Part shown: in pieces, positions 1 to 12,929 of the stretch | How positions within the stretch are numbered: position 1 is the first letter of the stretch | Layout of the letters: each line of letters starts with the position of its first letter | DNA from: the human T2T-CHM13v2.0 reference genome, Homo sapiens | Assembly (NCBI RefSeq): GCF_009914755.1 | Contig: NC_060947.1 | Reading direction: 5' to 3' (one strand) | DNA length: 64,000 bases | The notes under the pieces: model-generated | Seen by the model: only the letters and a program-made list of their open reading frames with translations | Told to the model about the DNA's origin: nothing | The model's database searches: none | Translations under genes and position numbers: made by a program

Positions 1-752
1 AGTTTCTCTAGTTGTGAGATTAGGTTGTTAATTTGAGATCTTTCAAACTATTTTATGTAGGCATATAATGCTATAAACTTCAATACTAACACTGACTTAG
101 CTGTGTCCCAAAGATTTTCATATGTACTATCTTTGGTCTCATTAGTCTCAAATAATTTCTTGATTTCTGCCTTAATTTTATTATTTACCCAAAAGTCATT
201 TGGGAGCAGGTTGTTTAATTTCCATGTAATTATATGATTGAATTTTTTAGTATTGATTTCTGTTTTTACTATCGTGCTGTCCAAGTGTGGCTGGTATAAT
301 TTCACTTTTTTCAATTTGCTGAAGATTGTTTTATGTTTGATTATGTGGTCAATTTTAGTATGATTTCTTTTTTTTCTCAGTTTTCTGAGATTTTTTTATA
401 TTTGATTAGGTGGTCAATTTTAAAGCATGTGCATGTGCAGACGGGAAGAATGTGTATTCTGTTGTCTTTGGTTGGAGAGTTCTGTAAATGTGTATTAGGC
501 CCATTTGGTCAAGTGTGAGTTCAGGTCTTGAATATCTTTGTTAATTTTATGTTTTGATGATTTGTCCAATACTGTCAGTATAATGTTGAAGTCTCTCACT
601 ATTATTGTGTATAAATCCAAGTTTCATCATAGTTCTCTAAGAACTTGCTTTATGAATCTGGGTGCTCCTCTGTTGGGTGCATATTTATTTAGGATAGTTA
701 GGTCTTCTTGGTGAATTAAACCCTTTATTATTATGTAATGCTCTTTTTTATC
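1..752 (-). mobile_element. LINE-1 ORF2 (endonuclease and adjacent region) fragment; inverted 5' part of the adjacent L1
   Basis: Minus-strand translation [43 protein letters not shown] is L1 ORF2p. Confidence 0.9.
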
Positions 753-759
753 TAACCCC

Positions 760-2260
760 AGTTAAAAAAAAAAGGAATCCATGATTTTGTTCTTTGAAAA
801 AAATAATAAGATAACATAAACCACTAACTAGACTAACAAAGATACAAAAGAGAGAAAATCCAAATAAACACAATTACAAATGACAAAGGGGACATTACCA
901 CTAACCCACAGAAATACAAAAAAAAATCCTCAGAGACTTACTATAAATACCTCTATGCACACAAACTGGAAAATTTAGAAGAAATTGATATATTCCTGAA
1001 AATATACAACCACCCAAGACTGAACAAAAAAGAAATGGGATATCTGAACAGACCAATAATGAGTTCCAAAATTGAAGCAGTAATAAAAAGTCTACCAAAC
1101 AAGAAAAGCCAGGGACTAAATGGATTCACAGCTGAATTATATTAGATGCACAAAGAAGGGCTGGTACCATTTATACAGAAAATGTTCCAAAAAATTGAGG
1201 AGGAGGGACCTTTCTAACTTGTTCTGTGAGGTCAGGATCATCCTGATACCAAATCCTTGCAGATGCACACCAAAACCAGTAAAAGGTAAAAAGAAAAGTT
1301 CAGGACAATATCCTTGATGAACACAGTTGGAAAAATCTTCAAGAAAATACTAGCAAACCAAATTGAGCAACACGTAGAAAGCTAATCCACCATGATCAAG
1401 TATGCTTTATCCCTGGCATCCAAGACTGTTTCAATATATGCAAATAAATACATGTGATTCATCATATAAAGAGAAGTAAAAACAAAAACCACATGGTTAT
1501 CTCAATAGATGCACAAAAGGCTTTTGGTAAAATTGAAGATCCCTTCATGTTAAAAACCCTCAGTAAACTAGGCATCGAAGGAGCTACCGCAAAATAATAA
1601 GAGCCATCTCTGACAAACCCACAGCCAACATCACACTGAACTGGCAAAAGCTGGAAACATTCCCTTTGAAAACCAGCACAAGGCAAGGATGCCTTATCTC
1701 ACCACTCTTATTCAACATAGTACTGGAAGTCCTGGCCAGAGCAATCAGGCAGGGGGAAGAAATCAAAGGCATCCAAAAAGTAAGAGAGGATGTCAAACTA
1801 TCCCTAATTGCAGATGACATAATTCTACATCATGAAATTAACCCAAATGCCCGTCAACAGTAGACTAGATAAAGGAAGTGTTGTACATATACACCATGGA
1901 ATACTACACAGCCATAAAACAGAATTAGATCCTGTTCTCTGCAACAGCATGGATGGAGCTGGAGGCCATTACCCTAAGAAACTAATGCACGAACAGAAAA
2001 CCAAATACAACTTATTCTCACTCAAAAGTGGGAGCTAAACCATGAACACACATGGATACAAAGAGGAAAACAACAGACACTTGGGCCTACTGGAGGGTGG
2101 AGGGTACAAGGAGGGAGATGATCAGAAAAAATACCTATTGGGTACTATGCTTATTACTTGTATGAGGAAATAGTCTATACACCAAACCCACATGACACAC
2201 AGTTTACCTATATAACAAATCTACACATATACACCTGAACCTAAAATAAAAGTTAAAAAA
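760..2260 (+). mobile_element. LINE-1 (older L1PA-type) ORF2 RT region, internal deletion near 1835, 3' UTR and A-tail
   Basis: [25 protein letters not shown]...[12 protein letters not shown] motifs, then a jump to the ORF2 C-terminus and 3' UTR ending aaaataaaagttaaaaaa. Confidence 0.9.
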
Positions 2261-3924
2261 GTCTCAATAAGTTTTTTAAAAATCAAAATTATATGAAATA
2301 TCTTATCAGGCCACAGTGGAATAAAACTAGAAATCAACTGCCAAAGGAACCCTCAACGCTATAGAAGAACATGGAAATTAAACAATCTGCTCTTGAAAGA
2401 TTTTTGGTTTGACAATAAAATCAAGATGGAAATTTTAAAAATATTCAAAATGAATGATAATGGTGACACAAGTTATTAAAACAGCTGGGATATAGAAAGA
2501 AAAATAGTGTCAAGAGGAAGGTTTATGGTGCTAGATGCCTACATCGAAAAGTCTGAAAGGTCACAAATTAACAACCTAACATCACACCTCAAGGAACTAG
2601 AGCAACTAGCCCAAACCAAGCCCAAAGCTAGCAGGGGAAAAGAAATAACAAGGATTAGAGCAGAACTAAATAAAATTGAAACAAAATCTATGAAAAAGAT
2701 CAGTTAAAGAAAAAGTTGGTTCTGTGAAAAGATAAACAAAATCTATAGAACATTAGGTAGATTAATCAAGAAAAGAAGAGAGATGATTCAAATAAGCTCA
2801 ATTAGAAATAAAAATGGAGCTATTACAACCAACACCACAGAAATTCAAAAGATTATTTGAGACTACTATGACCACCTCTATGCACACAAACTAGAAAACC
2901 TAGAGGAAATGAATGAATTCCTGGAAACATACAACCCTCCTAGCTTGAATCAGGAAGAACTAGAAATCCTAAACAGACCAATAACAGGCAATGAGATTGA
3001 ATCACTAATTTAAAAATTGCCAGTCAAACAAAAGCCCAGGGCTAGATGGATTGAAAGCCAAATTCACTGGACCTTCAAAGAAGTGGTACCAATCCTACTG
3101 AAACTTTTCCAAAATATTGAGAATGAATCCCCTCCAACTCATTCTATGAAGCCAGCATCACCTTGTTACCCAAGCAAGAAAGGCACATAACCAAAAAAAG
3201 ATAACTACAGACCAATATCCCTGATGAACCTAAATGAAAAAATCCTCAATAAATTACAAGAAAACCAAATCCAACAACACATCAAAAAGATAATACACCA
3301 TGATCAAGTGGGTTTCATCCCAGTGATACAGTGATGGGTCAATGTACTCAAGTCCAGAAACATGATTCACCACCTAAACATCATTTAAAACCTAAAGCAT
3401 ATGATCATCTCAATAAATGCAGAAAAAAAATTCAATGAAATCAAGCATTCCTTTATTATAAAAACCCTCAACAAATTAGACATTGAAGAAACATAATTTA
3501 AAATTATAAAAGCCATATATGACAAACCAACAGCCAGCATCATACTGGAAGGTCATACACTGGTGGCATTTTCCCCATAAGAACTGGAACGAGAGAAGGT
3601 TGCCCATTTTTACCACTCCTATACAACATAGTATTGGAAGTCCTAGCCAGAACAATCAGGCAAGAGAAAGAAAGAAAAGACATACAAATAGGAAAAGAGG
3701 ACGTTAAAATATCTCTCTTCACTAACAATATGATTGTATACGTAGAAAACCCTATAGACTCTATCAAAGGATTTCAAGACATGTTAAATGACTTCAGTAA
3801 TGTTTCAGGATACAAAATCAACATACAAAAAAATTGTAGCATTTCTATACACCCATAAGATTCAAGCTGAGAGCCAAATCAAGAATGCAATCCCATTTAG
3901 GATAGTCATAAAAATGTAAAATAT

Positions 3925-4002
3925 CTAGGAATACATCTAAACAATGAGTCGAAAGATCTCTACCTAGGAATACATCTAACCAATGAGTCGAAAGATCTCT
4001 AC
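3925..4002 (+). repeat. 39-bp tandem duplication inside L1 ORF2
   Basis: ctaggaatacatctaa(a/c)caatgagtcgaaagatctctac occurs twice (3925-3963, 3964-4002) with one mismatch. Confidence 0.95.
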
Positions 4003-5258
4003 AAGGAGAACTACAAAACACTCCTGAAAGAAATAATAGATGACACAAACAAATGGAAAAACATTCCATGCTCATGGATTGGAAGAATCAATATTGTCAA
4101 AATGGCCATACCGCCCAAAGCCATCTACAGACTTATTACAATTTCTATCAAACTACCAATGCCATTATTAACAAAAAAACTATCATAAAATTCATATGGA
4201 AGAAAAAAATTGGCCTGAATAGCCAAAGCATTCCTAAACAAAATGAACAAAGCTGGAGAGCCATCACATTGCTGGATTTCTAATTATGCTACAAGGATAT
4301 AGTAACCAAAACCAAAACAGCATGGTACTTATATGAATATAGACATATAGACCAATGAAACAGAATAGAGAACCCAGAAATAAAGCTAATTTTTGACAAA
4401 GCATCCAAAAGCATAAATTGGGGGAAAGGGAACCCTATTCAACAAATGGTGCTTGGAAAATTGGATAAACATGTGTAGAAGAATGAAACTAGATCCTTGT
4501 CTTTCACCATATACAAAAATAAACTTGAGATGGATTAAAGACTTAAATCTAAGACCTCGATTAATAAAAATTCTAGAAGAAAACATAGAAAAATCTCTTA
4601 TAAACATTGACCTAAACAAAGAGCTTGTGATTAAGACCGAAAAAGCAAATGTAATAAAAATAAATAAATAAATGGGGCCTAATTAAACCAAAAAAAACCT
4701 TCTGCACAGCAAAAGTAATAATCTTCAGAGTAAACAGCCAACTCACAGAATGGCAGAAAATGTTTGCAAACTCTGCATCTAACAAAGGACTAATATCCAG
4801 ATTCTACAAAGAACTCAAACAAATCAGCAAGGCAAAAACAATACCATCAAAAATGTGGGCAAGTGACATTAGTAGACACTTATCAAAAGAAGATATACAG
4901 GAAATGCAAATCAAAATCACAGTGCAATACCACCTTACTCCTGCAAGAATGGCCATAGTCAATAAATCAAAACATAATAGATATTGGTGCGGATGCAGTG
5001 AAAAGGGAACACTTCTACACTGCTGGTGGGAATGTAAACTAGTGCAACCAGTATGGAAAACAATGTGGAGATTCCTTAAAGAACTAAAAGTAGAACCACC
5101 ATTTGATCTAGCAATCCCACTACTGGGTATGTACCCAGAGGAAAAGAAGTCATTATACAAAAAAGATAAATGCACATTTATAGCAGCACAATTCACAATT
5201 GCAAAAATATGGAACCAGCCCAAATACTCATCAATCAACAAGTGGATACAGAAATTGT

Positions 5259-5346
5259 TATATATATATATATATCTCACATATATATATATATATATCT
5301 CACATATATATATATCTATCTCACATATATATGTGAGATATATATA
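5259..5346. repeat. (TA)n-rich tract with TATCTCACA units and a palindrome
   Basis: Three tatctcaca units separated by TA runs; 5317-5340 tatctcacatatatatgtgagata is a perfect palindrome. Confidence 0.9.
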
Positions 5347-5710
5347 ATGGAATACTACTCAGCCATATAAAGGAACAAATTAATTGCATCCACAGCAGCC
5401 TAGATGGAACTGGAGATTATTCTTCTAAGTGAAGTAACTCAGGAATGGAAAACCAAACATAGTGTGTTCCCACTCATAAGCGAGAGGTAAGCTATGAGGA
5501 TGCAAAGGCATAAGAATGATACAGTGGACTTTGGGGACTCCGGAAAATTTGGGAGGTGGGAGAGGGATAAAAGACTATAAAATGGGTTCAGTGTATACTT
5601 CTTGGATGATGGGTGCAACAAAATCTCAGAAATTACCAAAAAAGAACTTAATCATGTAACCAAATGCCACCTGTTGTCCAAAAACTCATGGAAACAAGAA
5701 ATAAGAAAAA

Positions 5711-6520
5711 AGATATACAAATGACCAAGAGCATATGAGAAAATGCTCAACATCACTAATCAATAGGGAAATGCAAATTAAAACCACAACGAGATGGTAC
5801 CTTACCCCAGCCAGAATGGATATTATTAAAATTTTTAAAAAATATAGATGCTGGCCTGGGTGTAATGAAAGAGGAATGCTTATACACTGCTGATGGGAAT
5901 GTAATTTAGTACAGCCTCTATGGAAAACAATATGGAGATTTCTCAAAGAACTAAAAGTAGATCTACCATTCAATCCAGCAATCCCTCTACTGTGTATCTA
6001 TCCAAAGGAAAAGAAGTCATTATATCAGAAAGACACCTGCGCTTGTATGCTTACCACAGCACAATTCACAATTGCAAACATATGGAATCGACCTAAGTGT
6101 TCATCAACTGATGAGTAGATAAAGATAACGTGTTATATGTATACACCATGGAATACTACTCAGCCACAAAAAGAATAAATTAATATCTTTTGCAGTCACT
6201 TGGATGGAGCTGAAGGCCATCATTCTAAGTGAAGTAACTCAGGAATGGAAAACCAAGTATTGTATATTCTCACTTAAAAGTGGGATTTAAGCTATGTGTA
6301 TGAAAAGAAATACAGAGTGGTATAATGGACATTGTAGAATCAGAAGGGAGGAGTGTGGCAGGGTGGGTGAGGGACAAAAAAACTACATTATGGGTACAGT
6401 GTACACTTCTCAGGTGACAGGTGCACTAAAATCTGAGATTTCACACTATACAATTCATCCATGTAACCAAAAGTTACTTGTACTCTCGAAGCTATTAAAA
6501 TACGAAAAATAACAAGAAAA
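5711..6520 (+). mobile_element. LINE-1 3' end (L1PB-like)
   Basis: A second copy of the ORF2 C-terminus (gaaatgcaaattaaaaccac...tgggaatgtaatttagtacagcc) and 3' UTR. Confidence 0.85.
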
Positions 6521-7887
6521 AGTAATTTTAAAAAGAATGTATTGGATGATTATACCTTGTGGATAAGTGAAATAAATGAGAGCAATGTTATAAAGGACTG
6601 AAAGGAGGAATTGAGAATTGAGAATACTCTGTTATAAGGTATTTTTAGTACCCTTAAAGTAGTATAGTGGTATTTGTAAATGGAATAAGACTAATTGTAA
6701 ATATATATTGAAAGCTGTAAGGCAAACACTAAAAAACATTAAGAGTTTTAATAGTTTAATTTTTAAAATATTAAAAATTTTAATTAAAATTTTAAATTCC
6801 TCTTAAATTCATGTGGAACATTCACCAAGATAGGACACATTCTGGGCCATAAAATACACTTTAACACATTTAAAAGAATAGAAATCAGACAAAGTATGCT
6901 CTCAGTCATAATGGAATTAAACGAGAAGCCAATAACAGAAAGACAGCTGTAAAGTCAAAAAATACTTGGAGATTAAACAGTACACTTATAAATACCACAC
7001 AAGTCAAAAAAGAACCCCCAAGAAAAATTCAAAAGTATTTTAAAGTAAATGACAATAAAAATATAATTTATCAAATTTCATAGGATGTAACAAAAGCAGT
7101 GCTTAGAGGGAAATATATAGCATTGAATTAATTAATATATTAAAAATGATAAAGAGATAAAATCAGTAACCAAAGCTTCCACCTTAGGAAAATAAAAAGA
7201 TAAAAAATTAAATCTAAAGCAGAAGAAAATATATAATAATTATTAGTATAGAAATGAATGAAATTGGAAACAGAAAATCAACAGAGAAAATCAATGAAAC
7301 CAAAAGCTGGTTCATTGACAAGACAAATGAAATTCATAAACCCCTAGGCAGGCTAACTAAGAAAAAGAGAGAAGATGCAAATTACTATCATCAGAAAATA
7401 GAAGCCATCACTATTTATCCTATGACATTAAAATGATAATATAGCAATACTCAACAACTCTATACCCACAAATTTGATAACTTGGATGAAATTACTCAAT
7501 TTTTTGAAAGATACAATCTACCAATACTCACACAAGAAGAAACAGATAATCTGAAAAGGCCTATACATATTACAGAAATAAAATCTATAATTAAAACCCT
7601 TCCACAACAGAAAGCACCATGTTCAAATGGGTTCACAGGTAAAGTCTACCAAACATTTAAAGAAGAAAATATACCAATTCTCTGCAATCTCTTCCAGAAG
7701 ATAGAAGCAGAGGGAATACTTTCTAACTCATTCTATGAGATCAGAATTACCTAAATACCAAAATACCAGAGAAAGATAACATAGGAAAGGGAAACTACAG
7801 ATCAGTATCTCTGATGAACATAATGCAAAAATCCTGAAAACAGAATAGTACATTAAAGTTAACAATGTTTAGGAAAAATTACACACC

Positions 7888-8208
<321 letters not shown>

Positions 8209-8796
8209 ACACACCATGACCAAGTGGAATTTATTCCAAGTATGCAACGGTAGCTCAACATTGGAAAATCAATTGATGTAATCTATTACATCAGTAGGCT
8301 AGAGAATAAAAATAATATGATACTAAAAGTAGATGCAGAAAAAGTTTTTGAGAAAATACAATACCCATTCATAATAAAAACTCTTAGAAAAAAATAGGAA
8401 AAGAGGGGGACTGCCTCAACTTGTTAAAGAACATCTATAAAAACCTACTGCTGACATCTTACTCAATGGTGAAAAACTAGATGCTTTTCCCCTAAGATCG
8501 AAAACAAGGGAAGGACGTTACCTCTTATCACTTCTATTCATCGTTATACTGGAGGCCTTAGTTGGTAAAAAATGACAAGAAAAATGAAATAAAATTTATA
8601 CCAATTAGGGAAGAAAAAACTGTATTGGTTCAAAGATGACTGATTATCTTTGTAAAATTTCAAAAGATTTTACAAAAAATTCTCATAGAACTAATAAGAG
8701 ATTATAGTAAGGTTGCAGGATACAAAATTAATGTACAAAATCAACTGCTTTCTTGTATACCAACAATGAACAGTTGCAATTTGAAATTAAAAATTC

Positions 8797-9066
8797 ATCT
8801 TAAGTGAAACAACTCTGAAACAGAAAGTCAAAAACTTATAAGTGGGAACTAAATCATATGTACACATGGACATAGTGTAGAATAATAGACATTGGAGATT
8901 TGGAAGGGTGGGAGGGTGGGAAGGGAGTGGGGGAGGAGGAAGTACTTAATGGGTACAGAGCACATTGTTTGGGTGATGATTACACTAAAAACCTAGATTT
9001 CACCACTACACAATATATCCATGTAACAAAACTGCACTTCTACCTCTTAAATTTGTACAAATAAAA
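8797..9066 (+). mobile_element. L1MA-like 3' end nested in older L1
   Basis: 3' UTR with G-rich tract and ccatgtaacaaaactgcacttctacctcttaaatttgtacaaataaaa terminus. Confidence 0.75.
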
Positions 9067-11369
9067 ACACAAAATTGTTTAAATTAGCAACAATAATTGA
9101 AATACTCAGGAGTAAACATAGCAAAATATATATAAGATGATTAGAAGGACTACTGCAGAACTCTGATGAAAAAATCCAGGAATATATAAATAAATGGAGA
9201 GATATCTTACGTTCATGGATAGGAAGACTCAATATGATTAGAACAGCAATTCTTCCCACTTGATCTATAGATTCAATATATTCCCCATCAAAATCCAAGG
9301 AAGTTGTTTTGTGGATACTCACATAGTGATTCCAACATTTATATGGAAAGTAAAAGACCCACAATAGCCAGCAAAGTATTGAACAAGAAAAAATGTAGTG
9401 GACTGACAATACCATACTTCATTATTTACTGTAAAGTTATAGTAATCATGATAGTGTGATTTTGGCAAAAGAACTGACAAGTAGATTAGTATTAATAGAA
9501 CAGAATAGAGAGCCTAGAAATAGATCCACACAAATGTAGTCAATTGGTATTTGATGGAAGAGCAAAGACAATTCAATAGAAAGATCATAGCATTTTTCTA
9601 CAAATTACAGTGGAACAATTGGGATATCACATGCAAAGAATGAACCTAGACACAGACCATCTGCCCTTCACAAAAATTAACTCAAAAGGATCATAGTCCT
9701 AAATGTAAATTGCAAAACTCTGAATCTATTAGAAGATAACATCAGAGAAAAGCTAGGTGATCTTGGGTTTGACAATGTGGTTTTAGATACAATATCAAAA
9801 GCATAAACCTTAAAATAAACTAATAAGTTGGATTTCATTAAACTTAAAAACCGTTCATGACGCACACTGTTAAGAGAATGAAAAGACAAACAACAGAGTA
9901 GGAAAAAGTCTTTGCACAACTCATATATGATAAAGGACCAATAGATATACAAAGAACTTTTAATCTCAACAATAAGAAATAAGCAACCAAATTAAAAAGT
10001 GGACAAAAGTCGTAAACAGACATCTCATTAATTAAGGCATAGTTGGATAATAAGCATATGAAAACATGTTGAATATAATATGTCACTAGGGAATTGCAAA
10101 TTAAAACAACTAGGAGATACCCATACACACCTGTTGAAATAACTAAAATCCAAAATTGTCAACTTCAATTGTTCACAAAGATTTGGAGCAACAGGAACTT
10201 TCAGTTTGGTTTTAATGGAAATGCAAAATACTATAGTGACTTTGGAAGACATTTTGGGCATTTTTTTAACTAAAGTAAACATAGTCCTGTATTTATACAA
10301 ATCAATGGAGAACTTAAGTTCACACAAAAACCTATACACCAAAGTTTATAGTAACTTTGTTCATAATTACTAAAAATTAGAAACAACCAAGATATCCTTT
10401 AATAGATGAATGCATAAAACAACTGTGGTATATATGTACTATGGAAACATATTTAGCAATAAATACAAATGAGCTATCAAACCTTGAAAAGACTTGGGTG
10501 AACCTTAAGCGGAAATTGCTAAGTGAAACAAATCAGTCTGAAAAGGCTAAATAGTGTGTGATTCTAACTAGGTAGCATTCAGGTAAAGGCAAATCTATAC
10601 AGCCTAAAAAGACCAGTGGTTGCCAGAGGATGGGGAGAGGGATAAAACAAGTGACCTCTGCTGTAAACTGTGGACTGTGGTTAATACATCAATATTGATT
10701 TTTCAAATGTAGATATATAACAGATTATTACAAGATAGTAATATGAGGGCCAACTGTGTGATGGCAGAGTGGAGATATAAGGAAATTCTCTGTAACTTCT
10801 GCTAATGTGTTTTATTAATCTAAGACTGCTCTAAAACTAGTCTATTTATTTTTTTAAAGGAAGGGGTATTTATATAGGCAAATCAATTGGGTTAGGAAGG
10901 CAGATTCCAGAGAGAAGCATTAACATGAGTGAAGGCTAACGTGAATTCAAACTGTAGATGTAAATAGTCCAGTGGGGCTAGAGTACAGCATACAGAGAGG
11001 AATATAATGAAACATTACAACCAGAAAGGTAATTTTGGATGAAATAAAAATGCTTGTATTTTATTCTGGTAGCAGTAAGTAGTCACTGGAAGTCTTAAAA
11101 AGGGAGTGGAAAAGCAAATGAAAAGCCACAGTAAGACAGATTGGGAAGATAGGGTACTTGTATCAAGGGATTAATGCCTGGTAGTCACTGTAGAAATGAC
11201 AAAATATTACAGAAGTCAACGTGACTTAGAAATCAAATCAATGTGGGATTTAGATAGAGGATTACTAAAGTTTGTACCTTTCATGGCTAGAAGGAGGTGG
11301 TGCTATGCACTTACATAAAAATTATAGGAGTTGCTGAAATACCAAGATGCATTAGAAATTATTCTTACA

Positions 11370-11702
11370 GGCCCAGCTCTGTGGCTCACGCCTGTAATCC
11401 CAGGACTTTGGGAGACCGAGGCAGGCAGATCACTTGAGGTCAGGAGTTCGAGACCAGCTTGGCCAACATGGTGAAACTCCATCTGTACTAAAAATAAAAA
11501 AAATTAGCTGGGCATGGTGGCACATGCCTGTAATGCCAGCTACTCGGGAGGGTGAGGCAGGAGAATCGCTTGAGCCCGGGAGGCGGAGGTTGCGTGAGCC
11601 GAGATCTCTCCACTGCACTTCAGCCTGGATGACAGAGTGAGACTCCGTCTCATTAAAAAAATAAATAAATAAAAAATAAAAAAGTAAATTAAATTAAAAA
11701 AA
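11370..11702 (+). mobile_element. Alu (AluSx/Sz-like)
   Basis: Dimeric Alu with gatcacttgaggtcaggagttcgagaccagc, A-rich tail and flanking aattattctt repeat. Confidence 0.95.
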
Positions 11703-12651
11703 GAATTATTCTTTTAGTAACTTGCATAATGTCCGCGAAGTCAATAGGAAAAGAGATAACCCATTTTGGTGATTTTTAAAAAAGATTTGTCTTTATTACC
11801 ATGCTATTAAAAGGCTACCTGTATATCTAGCATGTGACTAAGTGAGCCAGGTTGCGGGTGTGGTGTGTACTACTGATGGTTTTTAATTTTATGTGTTCAG
11901 TTTCAGAAAACGTTTGACTTTCATAATTCAGTATTTGCGTATGCTTTGCATGGAGAACTCATGTGTGGTCACTGTTAAACTGGCCTGTTATGTAAGTACT
12001 AGCTTGGGGTAAAGTCTAGGGCATTACGGTCAATTGACAGCTATTGCAGGTCATGATTTCAAAGTATGAGTTTTAAGCCTTTCATGGTCATTTGAAATGT
12101 TTGATGAATTAGATTTTAAAACTGCCAATGGGCTGTTAAATTCTTTTTGTAGTTTGCATTTAGTTTGCATGTCAATTGGACTTTAAGTAGGCATATTTCT
12201 TATTATCGCCAGATGGTGTCTAGGTGATGCTGAAAATCTTTGGAGAATGAGGAAAGATTATTACACTGTTAAGGGAACTGTAAATTGAACAAAAGCTTAT
12301 TTAAGCATTTGAATAGTAAATAGGAGCACTGATGGCTACTTTTCATCTAAGTTTGATCAATTTGTGACTGAAGCAGTGTAAACAAAGAAGGACTGAAGTG
12401 TATAATTACCTTGGGCTTGTGGTAAATGATAGCCTTATATAGAAACCTACTTAGGTCATTGATTGTCGTTATTATATTGAGCATAATGTGAAGGTTTCAG
12501 GAGAAAGATAAACAGTGATTAGTTTAATATATATTATAAAATATCATTATAGCATAAGCTATATGATAATTTCAGTATAAAAGTGCATATGTACCTAAGT
12601 AATTTTAGAAGGCTAACTGAAAATATGCTTCTAGTTTTAAAGGAAGTGAGT

Positions 12652-12929
12652 TCCACAAACAAATGAGATTGTACAGCATTTGTCTTTCTGTGCCTGGCTT
12701 ATTTTGCTTAGCATAATGTTCTCCAGAATGACAAGTGTTTGAGGTAATGGATATATTAATTAGCTTTATTTAATTATCCCACGTTGTGTGTATATATATA
12801 TATGTGTATATATGTGTGTGTACACATATATAATATATAATGGGATCATTTTGTATTCCATAAGTATATACAATTGTAATTTGTCAATTTACAATAAAAA
12901 TTGTAACTATTAAAAGTAAAAATAACCAA
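12652..12929 (+). mobile_element. Short 5'-inverted L1MA-like insertion with internal TG/TA microsatellite
   Basis: 12652-12726 is antisense L1 sequence joined to a sense L1 3' end. Flanking aagtgagt at 12644-12651 and 12930-12937. Confidence 0.7.

Larger units (their letters stand above)
2261..5710 (+). mobile_element. LINE-1 (L1PB-like) ORF2 and 3' UTR, degenerate
   Basis: Colinear ORF2p fragments (ERSQINNLTSHLKELE; CRRMKLDPCLSPYTKIN; [23 protein letters not shown]) broken by stops and frameshifts. Confidence 0.9.

Noticed and set aside
300-425. Diverged ~65-bp tandem duplication (tttgattatgtggtcaatttta / tttgattaggtggtcaatttta)
   Set aside because: Old slippage duplication within L1 with no functional implication.
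4760-5347. Longest ORF (195 aa) as a gene
   Set aside because: It is the L1 ORF2p C-terminal region running into a TA microsatellite; a transposon remnant.
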